This document shows positions 38,860-51,563 of a stretch of DNA of 64,000 nt, piece by piece. The position numbers and the translations under genes were made by a program. Every line of letters begins with the position of its first letter. The first letter of the stretch is position 1. This DNA comes from Dipteris shenzhenensis (lineage: Eukaryota), in the NCBI GenBank assembly GCA_047967505.1, contig CM106538.1; one strand, written 5' to 3'. Under the pieces are notes generated by a model. The model saw only the letters and a program-made list of their open reading frames with translations. It made no database searches and was not told where the DNA came from.

Positions 38860-39527
38860 AATTTGATGTTTTCCATTCCGATTCTAATATTACATCTCTG
38901 GAGATGATGACCTTTCGGTTGATGGGATCATACAACTTGTATGCTTTGCTTGCTTCATTATAGCCAACCATGATGCATTTATGTGACTTTGCATCCAATT
39001 TTCTATGCGATGATCATCATGTATGTGGGCATATGCTATGCAACCAAATATGCAGAGATGCCCAATGCATGGCTTGTGTCTAGTGAATGCTTCATAAGGT
39101 GTCATATCCTAGATTGGTTCGGTCGAAAGCCAATTAAATAACTAGTTTATAGTGGAAATTGCTTCTGTCCAATATGGATTCAGAAGATGCTTCTCACATT
39201 GAGCATTGCTCTAGCACTGTCTGCTAAAGTATCCTTCTTCCTTTCAGCTCTTGCATTCTGTTGAGGAGTGTACATGTGAATTTTCTTCAAATGCCATTAC
39301 TTCTACAAAGTTCATGAATGCTGAAGACATATATTCACCTCCTTTGTTTGATCTTATGACTTTTATCTTTCTACATGTTTGGTCTTCTACCATGGCTTTC
39401 AATTCTTGAAATCTGGAAAAGACTGCAAATTTCCCTTTCAAAACGTAGACCCAACAATCTCGATTGTAGTTGTCGATGAAAGTCAAATAGTAAAGTGAAT
39501 CAATGATGCTCTGGGTATGGGCATAAC
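38860..39527 (-). mobile_element. Copia family D integrase remnant (host of element E)
   Basis: YYLTFIDNYNRDCWVYVLK..IKVIRSNKGGEY and MTPYEAFTRHKPCIGHLCIFGCIAYAHI. Confidence 0.85.
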
Positions 39528-42500
39528 TGATAGCAGAAGTGAGAGAGAAAGGAGTGCACATGATATAGCTACCTATACACTAAGTGTATTGAACATGAAA
39601 CATGAAGATATACATGTGAGAACCCCTAGGGTTAGGGTTACGATTAGGGTTTTCCCCTATGCCCTATATGGATAGTGCAATTTACACTATCTTTAACACC
39701 CCCTCTTAAATTGCACTGTGGGTAAGAAGAGGGTGCATGTACAAGACCTGTTCGTGGATTTTGTTTGGCACATATGATATCATCCAAAACTGAAAAATGC
39801 AGGGTCAAAGAAGACTGCATCGTTGGTGTGGATAGAGTGATCCAAGGGTTGGAAATCTAGGGCTGAAGGTGCAGATATGGTACACTCATCTACTGAAGAA
39901 GAGGCCTATAAAGCTGACAAGGTATGGTGGCATGTCAAAATTGTATGCTCAACTATCATGAGCTGAAGGTTGTCTAATGTGTGCATGGCTAAACATCCAT
40001 TGGCATGGAATGTAGCATCTGTTGTATGCTCATCGAAAAGAAGCTGATAGTGTAACAGGCTAGAAGCTTGAAATACAACTAAAAAGTCATAAGATGTCCC
40101 TGAGGCATGTGAGGTGCTGAATACTAATGTAGGGATCAATCTATAGTCCGAGATCCAACCACTAATCTGCATCATGTAAGGGCTATATAGTATAGCCATA
40201 AGTGCATGATGAAACACTGAGTCTCCCCAGGTTGTGCTATGGCTGAATCTGAAGATGTCCATTGCACAAGGGTAGGACCGCATTGATGCATAAGTGTCCT
40301 TGTGGTGAGGAATGATTTGCTGATCGAAAGAGGTGGTGAAGATAACTGGATCCAAGGATGCAAAGCGGCATGATTGAGCCGGTGTTGGAATGTCTTGTAG
40401 ACTGATTTACTAATCTGAAGTGCTAAAGGGAACTGTGTCTAGGGTATGCTCTCTGTCAAAGGTGAAAGCATCAATGATGGATGCTAAAATGGAATCACCT
40501 AAAGAGATGGATGCACTGTGGCATAAATCTCCGCATGCGATTGGAGATGTGAGTGCCTTGGATTGAGTACTTACCTGCTAAATCACTGCATGATCACTAA
40601 ACTCCTGCTGAGTATCTGCATCTATGGTAAGATAGGAGTTGGATCCATGCATGAGAGTGATGGCTGTGCATCACAAAAATCAATATGAATTGACATCGAT
40701 GGGAATGCCTCGTGCTGAGGACTTACCATCAAATATGCCTCGTGTTGAGGGCTTACAGAGCTGAATGTGCCTCATGCTGAGGGGTTACCGCCAAATGTGC
40801 CTTGTGTTGAGAGCTTACCGAGAAGTGTGGCTCATGCCGAGGGCTTATTGTCAAATGTGCCTCGTGTAGAGGGATTACAGAGAAGCGTGCCTCACGCTGA
40901 GGGCTTATGACAAATGCACATGAGTCAAAACTGTGGGTTGATCCATTTATGCTAACAAGTGGAGCATCTGCATCTAATCTCTCAAGGCCAATGAGGCTCG
41001 AGTCAGTGTCATAAATCGGTACATACCCTATGGCAATAAATGGTCAAAGAAGCTTCTCTTTCCACTCATGGATCTCGTTCGGAGTCATGACTGGTGTATC
41101 ATCAACTGTGTGATGTGAATAACTCCATGCTAGAGGCGGTCTAGTGCTCTGTGCAAAAGGCTTACTCATGAGAGGGTCTACCATGAGAACACTAAATAAG
41201 AGCTGCCACTGGGGGGCCTATGCTAAACGGTCAAAACCAAGTCATGTGAGAATGTATGTGTGCCAAGGATCAAACCTGTAACGTAATGATGAAAACTGCA
41301 TGTCGGGATAGCCAAAAGGCTATACAAGGCTGATGTGTATGCGTGTAGGAATCGGTACCAAAAATAGTCAACAAAAGTGATTGTACATGGGTGGCATGTG
41401 TGTGTGGAATGTGCAATAGTCCTAAATCTGAGAGGAAGATCACTCTGCCAAGTGTCACACTGAGGTGCTGAAATGCCAAATGCCAAGAGAATTGAATTGG
41501 TGTTAGTGTGTGAATGTATAAGTATACCGATGATAGATCTGATCGGACTAATGCCAGGCGAACGAATCGGGTAATACGGCAATGGATTACTTGGCTTGGT
41601 GGAGTTGGATCTCCTCTATGGCAATGCTAAGTTAGACTACATGTCGAATCACAAAACGTAGCAAAATGAGTTTTAGTTTGTTCATTTTATGTGGTCGATG
41701 CACTACAATGGATTAGGAGGTGGTTCCAATGACGCGGATTTAATGATGCTAACCTGTGGAAATGTCAGATGGTAGATCTGAGTGCTCAAGCGTAGCGCAT
41801 GAGTTGGCAAGAGATTTTTCTTTTTGGAGCGCTACAAAATTCCATCGTGATCAAAAGATACGGCTCTTGGAAGGATTACCCAAATTTTGATCCCAAGAAG
41901 GCCCAAAAATATTGATGTGGCCTGTGGTGAGGTGGCACTGTGTGTCACGTGCAGCTGAAGGGCTGCGCCTGTGGAGAGGAAGGTGTGCCTAGTAGGTACA
42001 TGCTGATGTGGCATTGTTGTCGTATAGGTAGTTGAGTTGGTAGAAGATGGTTCCATTGACATGCTGAGGTGGCCACTGATGATTGTACAAGGTGACATGG
42101 CACCTGATGACATGGCTAGGTGTTGTGCATTGTTGATGTGGCAATGTCTTGTGTTTGATAACATGTCACTAGGGCTTATGTGGCTTGTGAGATGATGATG
42201 TGGCATTAGGGAGCAATTTGGTGATGTGCCACATGTGGTTTGCCTACGTGGACTGCCTCTTGATGACATGGCAGTGAGCTAGCAGCTTTGCTGAGATGGG
42301 TCAGCTATCATGGTGCACCTGGGTTAGTGTGAACCCTTATCTATTGCCACGTGTCACTATTTGGGACTAAGGAATCTGAGAAGATTGCAACGGAATCAAC
42401 AAGTTTCCATCCACGGATATGTTGTTGGGCTCCCATTGGAGACTTCATTGGCGTGGCGGAGCACATTTGCTGAGTTAGTTGGGGAGGTGTAGATTGCATG

Positions 42501-43770
42501 TGTCATTGGGCCGAGGGGTAGAGTCATCGTTGAAGGCGACTTGTGCATAGGTAGAGCCTGGAGCTAGTGGCTTGGAGCTGGTTGTTGTAGCCATTGGAAG
42601 GCAGATGGAGCCATTTTCTCACCGTAGCCATTGAAGTTGGGGGTTGTGAGCTATACTTTACATGTAGAGGTCGTGGTGGAGGAAGTCGTTGAGGCCCGTG
42701 CGTTGTTTGCCAATGGAGGCATTTGTCGATGGCTGAGTTGCATGCTTGGCTGGAAGCCTTGTTTCTTGAGGTTGTGGGAGCCGTTGAAGCCTTGCATGCT
42801 TTGGAAGTGTAGCAGGGGCGAATCGTGATGCTGGGGCAGATCTACAGCCGTGAATGGCATTGTTTATGTGCATTGCTAAATCAACCGAGTAGCCGTCGAG
42901 GTCGAGTGCCGATTGGAGCTACTGGTCGTATTGCATTGCTGGAGCACAATGGCTTTGGCCATGTAGGAGAGCTGAGGGGTCATAGAGGAGCAATGTTGAG
43001 TCACCTAGTTGTGGAGGCTTGCTAAGCCGGCTTTCTGAAGGGTTGTTATGGGGCTTTTACATGCGTTGCTTCTATGGAGTTGGCTATGGGTGTTGCATGC
43101 AAGCCTACGATGCTTAATTGCTGGTTGTAGACCTTGTAGAATCTCCGAGGATGAACTTCAAGGGTTGCTATTTCTTTTTCCTCAAACTCACTCTTGACTC
43201 CTAGAAAGAAACTCTTAGGAACTGAGAAACTCCCGGAGATCTCTCAAAGCCTTATCTCTGTCTCTCAAGGTTTTCTCACTGAGAGAAGAACAATCCAACT
43301 CACCTGAAATGGACCTCAAGAATGAATGGAATCACTCAAGAGACTATAACTCAAGCTCCAAGAAGCAAATTCCTGAGTTTTTAAAACCAAAATGGAGAGG
43401 AGATTGAGATCTACACAAAGAGCTGAAGAAGTTGTGAAGATGCATTAAGGAGAGGGCTTGTGCCTCAACGGAGCAGGGGCTTATGCCTTGATGAAGCAAG
43501 GGCTTTCACTCTCTCTGACGGAAATCTCTCTCAATGGAAGATGCCTCATGGAAGGAGGGCTTGACACTCATGAAGGGAGTGGGAGCACCATAGGCTCTAA
43601 TACCATGATAGCGAAAGTGAGAGAGGAGTGCACACGATATAGCTACCTTGTACACTAAGTGCATGCTACCTATACAGTCAGAGAGGGAGAGAGAGAGGAG
43701 TGCACATGATATAACTACCTGTATACTAAGAGAGAGAGGAGTGCACATGATATAACTACCTGTACACACT
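39528..43770 (-). mobile_element. Non-autonomous LTR element E (LARD-like): 171-bp 3' LTR, ~3.9-kb internal region lacking recognisable gag/pol, rearranged 5' LTR
   Basis: LTR 39528-39698 followed by a PPT (CCCCCTCTT on +). PBS TGGTATTAGAGCC at 43593-43605 abuts the same LTR end (TGATAGC..AGTGAGAGAG..GAGTGCACA) at 43606. Confidence 0.8.
40705..40915. repeat. 30-bp minisatellite, 7 copies, inside element E
   Basis: Unit RTGCCTCRTGYTGAGGGCTTACNNNNAAAT. Confidence 0.9.
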
Positions 43771-43995
43771 GTTTCAGTCTTCTGCATATCCTTACTTAGA
43801 AGGAACATATTCTCAGGTTCATTTGCAAAATGACTCTGACATGAATGTCCACCGTGATGATTTTCTCTAGCTCTGCTAAATTGACCTCCTTGGTCGTATT
43901 TCTTCTTGAGACAATGTCTTTCATAGTGTCGAAACTTATGGCAGTAGTTGCACTGAATGTTTGACACGTTGGTCGATACATTCCCTCTTTCTTGT
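43771..43995 (-). mobile_element. Copia gag C-terminus (zinc knuckle), probably family D
   Basis: IQCNYCHKFRHYERHCLKKKYDQ...SHFANEPENMFL. Confidence 0.7.
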
Positions 43996-45497
43996 TGAAA
44001 TAGGCTTACAGCCTGTCATCCCATATTTGGACAGCATGTCTAATCCATACTGCCTCTACAAGAGCCATATCCCACTTGTGGACCTAATCACCTCAATGCC
44101 CAAGAGGTAATGTAGCTCTCCCAAATCCCTCATCTCAAACTTCTGCTTCAATAGCATTTTCACATGAAGGATATCTTCATCACTATCACCTATGATGATC
44201 AAATCATCAACATAAATGACAAGTAGCATAATGCCTTTCTCTATTTTTCTCACATAAAGTGAGAAATCTGCCTTGGAAATTTGAAAGCCAATAGTGACAA
44301 GATACTGTCCTATCTTATCAGACCATGCTCTGGGTGCTTCAAGCCATACAAGGCTTTCTTCAACCTACAAACAAACTCAGGATGAACAACATGAACATGA
44401 CTTGGTGGCTGGTCCATATAGACCTCTTCTTGCAAATCACCATGCAAGAAATCAGTCTTTACATCCATTTGATGTAAAGACCATTCCTTTGATGCAGCAT
44501 AGCAATGATTGCTCTTACGGTTGCCATCCTTGCAACTGGACTGAATGTTTCTTCATAATCAATGCCATATGTCTGTGCATACCCTTTGACAACTAATATT
44601 GCCTTGTATCTGTTCATAGAACCATCTGCATTGTGCTTCACCTTATAAACCCACTTGTAGCCAATTGCATTCTTGTCTTTAGGCAAAGGCTCCAATTCCC
44701 ATGTAGCAATTGCTTCCAAGGAATCCATTTCTTCATCCATGGCTTTCTCCCATTTTTCTTTTCCCATGGCTTGCTCAAAAGAAGTGGGTTCTGGTTCATG
44801 TATACAGTATCATCACCAGTCTCCACAAATCCTAGTCTTTCCATTTTCCTTACATCCTGCATCCATTTTGCATGACTTGTCATGTGGTTTGACGCACCTG
44901 AGTCAACATACCACACATCATTGCTTTCTTCTGCACTTGTCACAGAATTGGTCATGTGCTACACCATAAACAGATGCTCATTTCTGTCATCACTCTATCT
45001 ACTAGAGGATGCATAATTGCCTTGCTGCAATTTTCCAGTCATGATGTCATTTTGCTTTTTATAGTAGTCTTTAACCATATGACCCTAGCCTCTCTACCAT
45101 TCACCATGACGTCTTTGGCTCCCCCTACATCTAAAGTTACCACGTCTTCCTCCATAGGATTGGTTTTCTTGAATTTGCTCATATTCTGATTTCTGCCACG
45201 ACCTCCAAATCGGCCTGTTCTACCTCTACCTCTACCTCTTCCAACATTTGAGTAGAAGACTTCTTCTTTTGAAGTTCCTCCTGAAGAAGATGCACCACCA
45301 TTTCTTTGCTCTTCATAAATTAGAAGAGCAATCAAATCCTCAAAATCAGGAAAATTCTCACGGACAACAATGGATGTTCGGAATTGTGCATAATCCTTTC
45401 TAGACCATTCAAGGTCACAGAACATCATCTTCCACGGTGACCCAATAGAAGCAAGTGCATCTGCAATCTTCTTCACCTTCATGTGGTATTCATTGAA
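43996..45497 (-). mobile_element. Internally deleted copy of copia family B (gag-PR joined to RT)
   Basis: Colinear with ~30530-29785, then jumps at ~44805 to 28135-27326. Confidence 0.93.
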
Positions 45498-45672
45498 TGC
45501 ACCGACTCCTCCCTTCCAATATAGCTTTGATACCCCATCCACCCTGCTTCTATGAGATGAGATCAACCATATCATACGGTTGCGCTAGCTCTATGCATCA
45601 CAGACTTGGGAGGGGACAAGAATTACCCATCAAAGATCTAGTACTATCATAATCACTTTTTGAGAGTATAAG

Positions 45673-48600
45673 TGTTAGATATCAATGCTCCACTCTCGTA
45701 TAACTACGCAGGAACTAGCTAACTCTACTTGTAAGCCCCCCATATGAGGAGAAGGCATTTGAGTAGCTCGGTTATCTGATACGTCCTAGTTTAGACACCA
45801 GATGGGGGCCATGTGTGGCCTGATGGCTGGACAGCTTTAGATAGAGTTGGCACACCGCCAACTAGGCTACATGCAAGTGCGGGAAGGCATCCCTTGACTG
45901 ACCGCACTAAGGGTAGATGAAGCATTTCCCGAGGCAGCCCACTCTCGAGTTGCGGGGCTCGTTTGGAGCCTCAAATGATCCCGGATGGACGGCGACCATA
46001 GGTCAGTTGCTCTATTTTGCACACTGGTTCTATCGTATGGTCGGTGCCCTATTTCGGGACCGACGGGCCCAATCAACCATTTTGGGCGGACTGGGTCGGT
46101 CACCCAATTGAGCCTAACCGACTGTGACTGGTGGCTATATAAGAGCAAGCTCATGAAGCCCATTTCATCAGTGGATACAGCAACCCTGATTCCTTAGCAT
46201 CCAGCCTCCGTATTCTACTATTTCCAGCATGCCATCGAAGCTTCTTTCACAGGAGCGCACGGTTGGGAGGCAGCGCCATCTATTGTATCAGTTCTACAGT
46301 AATCAAATTCTTGATTCTCCATACTATCTTATTTTCTCTCTTGCGTACGAGATCCTGTTATTTATTGAGCACAGACGTATTATTATTTTCTTACATGGTA
46401 TCAGAGCCTAGACTCTAGCAAGAAGATTTGGTGTTTTTGTTTGCGAGCAGATTGTGAGAGATGGCCCAGCCTGCAAGACTGTGAATCCCACCGTTCGGCA
46501 AAAGCAGAAAGTTGGATAGCTCTAACTATCCACTCTGGAAGTTCAAGATGAAGACCATCCTAAGCGCATACGAGCTTTGAGACACTGCTACTGGGGTGAA
46601 CGTGAGGCCGGTTGCAAGACCGAAACCAGCCAATGCAAGACAACAGATAGTACCAACTACGGATGAGATTCTCACATGGACAATAAGAAACGTAGATGCG
46701 TTGTGTTCTATTGTCTGTAGTCTTAGTGATTCCATCATGGCGTTAATTCAACATGTCACCATAGTGGAGGAGGCATGGACGGTCTTGAAAAATCAGTACG
46801 AGACCATGAATTAGACACGGATTCAGAATCTAGAGACTCAACTCGCGAACGAGAAGTTGTCTGAGTCTAAAGCAGCAGAGAAGTTCATCACCAGGGTGAA
46901 GAATCTGTGCGATCAAATGACTGCGATTGGCATCACCATCACCAGCGAGAATCTAGCACGAAGGTGCATACAGATTCTCCCACCAAAGTATGATGGTCTT
47001 GTTATGGTGTTGAATATGCAGAACAAAAATCCACCCCTCAAATTTGAGGATTTCAATGCGATGCTTCTGGAGGAGGAGATGCATCAAAAGACAAGGACTA
47101 GAGAAAATTCGGCTTTCTGGACCGGATCAAAGAAAGGTAAGGGTAAGGACTCTGGTAACCCATCTTCTTCTGATGATAAAAAGAGAAAGAAGAAGATCAA
47201 GTGCTTCTATTGCAACAAGGCAGGGCACAAGAAGAATGAGTGCCGAAAGAAGATTGGAGATAAGAAGAACGGAGTAAAGAAAGAGTCCAGCAATAGCACG
47301 CAGGCAGCACCAATAGAGCTGTTCGTAGCAATTGAGAATATTTGCACGGAGGCAGTTCATGTACCTGTGGATGAACCTTGGATCATTGACAGTGGTGCAT
47401 CACGCCACATGACCAGTCGGAAGGATTGGTATACCTCTCTACAACCGGTAGGGAAAGACATCCTGGTAGCAGTCGAGGCAATGATGCAAAATGTCCAACA
47501 AAAGGAAAAGGTACGATTGCTCTCAAGTCAGATGGAGTTGTAAAACAGTTGTCCAATGTTCTTTATGTGCCAGATATCAAGAGGAACTTCTTGTCCATTT
47601 CTGTGATCACGGATCGGGACCTCAAAGTTCAATTCCATAAGAATGGTGCACAGATTCTGGATCTTCAAGGGAAGGTCATTGGTAAAGGTACACGACGCAA
47701 CAACATTTACGAACTCTCAGCTTTCAGTGCTCGAGCGGATGTGAAGAACACTAAGTTGTGGCATGAGAGGTTTTGTAATCTAAACCTTAGTTCTTTGAAG
47801 GAGATGCATAAAAGTGGAATGATTGCAGACCTACTAGAAATTTCAGATCTGCCCAATGTATGTGAAGCTTGCATGATGGGCAAGCAGCATCGGCAGCCCT
47901 TTCCTAAAGAGGACAGCAGGGCAAAGGCTCCTCTAGAGATCATTCACATGGACCTCTACAGAAAGATGGAGACGGAAGCTTTGGGTGGTTCCTACTACTT
48001 CATGATGCTAATCGACGACTACAATAGAAGGATATGGATATATTTCCTAAAGACTAAAGATGAGGCTTTTAGTAGGTTCAAGGAATGGCATGTAATGGTC
48101 GAGAAAGAAATGGGGAGGAAGGTGAAGAAGTTGAGATCAGACAAAGGTGGAGAGTTCACATCAACTGAATTCGAAAGTTACTGCAAAAGTCACGGAATCA
48201 AGAGGTGGAAACCCCTGCCACATACATCACAGCAAAATGGAGTAGCAGAACGCAAGATGTGCATCATCTGCGAAATGGGCCAAAGTATGATGAAAGTGTG
48301 AAGATAGTGCGAGAGAGGGAAGGAGTCTCACTTGCGGCTTTCTCACATACACAATGGGGGAATACACACAAAGGTGGAGGCTGAAAATAGTTTTCCTCTT
48401 CTTAGTTGTGAAAGCCAAAAGAACTCTAGTATAAAGAAATAGAAGAACCCTATATGTGGGTCTCAAACCAAACTCAGCTAACTAAGGTGGCATACTAACT
48501 GAGCCACAAATTAGAGTAGATAAGGATAGCTGTCATCCAGCTATTATTCATGGGCGGTGTACCAACCGCATCTGCAGCTAACAAGTCGGTGACATAAATG

Positions 48601-51563
48601 CACAACGGTCACCTTGGCATATCACGAGTGGAGCTCGATATCTCAACAGAAAGGGAAGATTTGCCAAAGACTTTCTGGGATGAAGCATGTAACACTGTAA
48701 TTTACATCCTGAATCGTAGCTACACGAAGGCTATGAATAGGATGACTCCAATGCAAGCCTTTTCTGGTAAGAAACCTTCATTTGCACATTTCAGAGTTTT
48801 TGGATATGACTGTTTTGTGCATGTCCCTGATGCTACCAGGATCAAATGGGAACCGAAGAGCCGAAGTGTATTTTCTTGGGCTACAGTGAAGAGGCAAAGG
48901 GCTACCGTCTCCATAACCCTGTTACCAAGAAGGTAATTGTAAGTCATGATGTGGTCTTCTCAAAACAACTGCATCAATTGGAGGAGGATGCTTCCTTCCC
49001 AGACAACCAGGACCAGGATATCCATCCAGTACCACCACCAATAGCAGACCGAACTCCCCCAACGGTGCTTGGGAGGATTCAAGACAAAGAAGATGAAGAG
49101 CTTGCAGAACCACAACGGCAACAGCCATTCTCGAAGTGGGTAAAGCAGCTTTTGAACGACAGAGGACCTCCAGCCATTGAGGAGGAACCATCTGAACACC
49201 GCCGTCAGTCCAAGAGATTAGAGGAGCAAAGAAGGGCGCAGGAACACTTGGTCAACTATGCTTTGATGATAGAAGTGATCCGTGCTGATGAACCCAAGTG
49301 TCTTGAAAGAGGCAGAGGGCGATGATAGGTGGATGGAGGCTATGCAGTCGGAGTATGGCTCCATAATGAAGAACAACACTTGGGACCTTGTGGATCGACC
49401 ACCAAAATGCAAGGTAATCGAAACCAAGTGGGTGTACAAGACCAAGTACAAGTCCGACGGCACGTTGGATAAGTACAAGGCTCGGCTCGTGGCAAAAGGA
49501 TTTGCACAGGTACATGGTTTTGATTATCAAGATGCTTTTGCTCCCACAGCTCGACTAACCACAATTCGCAATGTTTTGGCTTTAGCTGCCCAGGGAAGTT
49601 GGCCCGTGTTTCAGATGGCTTTCTAAATGGAGATCTCAAGGAGGAGGTATACGTAGAACAACCACTAGGTTTTGAGATCCCCAGTTCAGAAGGTAAAGTC
49701 TACAAACTGAAGAAGGCACTTTACGGGCTGAAAGAGGCCCACGAGTGTGGTACCAGTGAATTGATGCCTACTTTCTGCAAAACAGGTTCAGGAGGAGCCC
49801 ATCTGATGCAAATTTGTATATCTTTAGAGAAGGAGGCAGGTGTATGATCATGGTTCTTTATGTGGATGACCTTGTCATAATAGGGAACCATGAACATAAC
49901 ATCTCGTAGACGAAGCATCTGCTAGGAAGAGAGTTTGAAATAACAGACCTCGGACTGATGCATTTCTGTTTGGGGATTGAAGTTTTTCAGGAGCCGAAAC
50001 AGATCTTCATTTCACAGCTGAAGTATGTTAGAGAGATACTGAAGGCATTTGGCATGGCTGAGTGCAAGATAGTTGGTACCCCTATGGAGGTTGACGCGAA
50101 GCTCTCAAACGAGGATTTATCACCACTGGTGGACGAAGCGAAGTACATAAGGCTTGTGGGTAGCTTAATTTACATGTGCAACACATGGTCGGACATCAGT
50201 TTTCTGACTGGTGTACTAAGCAGGTTTTCCACTAAGCCCCGGGAGAACCATTGGTGGAGGGTAGAGATGTGGGTGCTGAAATACGTCAAAGGCACACTTG
50301 ATTATGGCATCACCTATACCAAGGGCAACATCTTGACTGGATTCTGTGACTCGGATTGGGCAGGAGCAGTGGACAACAAGAGATCAGTGATATGCTACTA
50401 TTTCTCACTTGGATCTGGAGTTGTGTCATGGGTCAACAAGAAGCAACCCATAGTTGCTCTTTCTTCTATCAAGGCCGAGTACAAATCTGCATGCTTTGCT
50501 TCTTGCGAGGCAGTGTGGTTGAGGAGGATTTTGGGGGACATGGGTGCAGTGCAGAACAAGCCTACGCAATTATCATGTGACAATCAGAGTTGCATGGCGA
50601 TTGCAAAGAACCCGGTGTTCCACGCTCGCACAAAACACATTGAGATTCAATATCACTTTGTACGCAAGCTCATCATGGATGGAGAGGTTGACTTGGTGTA
50701 CTGTCCGACTACAGAGAATGCCGCAGACATCTTCACGAAGGCTCTTGGAAGAGACTTGGTGGAGAGGCATCTTCATCGACTTGGCATTGGGCCGAAAAAG
50801 TAAGTTCACTTATGGGTGGACATTGAGGGGGGGTGTTAGATATCAATGCTCCACTCTCGTGTAAGTACGCGGGAACCAGCTAACTGTACTTGTAAGCCCC
50901 CCATATGAGGAGAAGGCATTTGAGTAGCTCGGTTATCCGATAGGTCCTCGTTTGGACACCAGATGGGAGCCATGTGTGGCCTGATGGCTGGACGGCTTCA
51001 GATAGAGTTGGCACACCACCAACTAGGCTACATGCAAGTGCGGGAAGGCATCCCTTGATTGACCGCACTGAGGGTAGACGGAGCATTTCCCGGGCAGCCC
51101 ACTCTTGGGTTGCGGAGCCCATTTGGACCTCAGATGATCCCGGATGGCTCTGGGCCGAACGGTGCCCATAGGTCAGTTGCTCTGTTTTGCACACCGGTTC
51201 TATCGTATAGTCGGTGGCCTATTTCGGGACTGACGCCCAGTCGACCGTTTTGGGCGGACTGGGTCGGTCACCCAATTGAGCCTAACCAACTATGACTGGT
51301 GGCTATATAAGAGCAAGCTCGTGAAGCCCATTTTATCACTGGCTATAGCAACCCTGATTCCTTAGCATCCAGCCTTCGTCTTCTACTGTTTCCAGCAGGC
51401 CATCGAAGCTTCTTTCACAGGAGTGCACGGTTGGGAGACAGCACCATCTATTGTATCAGTTCTATAGTAATCAAATTCTTGATTCTCCATACTATCTTTT
51501 TTTCTCTCTTGCGTACGAGATCCTATTATCTGTTGAGCACAGACGTCGTATTATTTTCTTACA
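45673..51563 (+). mobile_element. Structurally complete Ty1/copia family C with TSD; coding region frameshifted
   Basis: LTRs 45673-46395 and 50834-51563, TSD ATAAG on both sides, PBS 46396-46408, PPT GAGGGGGGG. Domains: knuckle CFYCNKAGHKKNEC, WIIDSGAS, RSDKGGEF, YKARLVAKG, GFCDSDWAG, HARTKHIE. Confidence 0.98.
48297..48648 (-). mobile_element. Solo LTR of family B inserted in the integrase of copia C
   Basis: 352 bp near-identical to 26235-26584, TG...CA ends, TSD GAAAG at 48292-48296 and 48649-48653. Confidence 0.97.
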
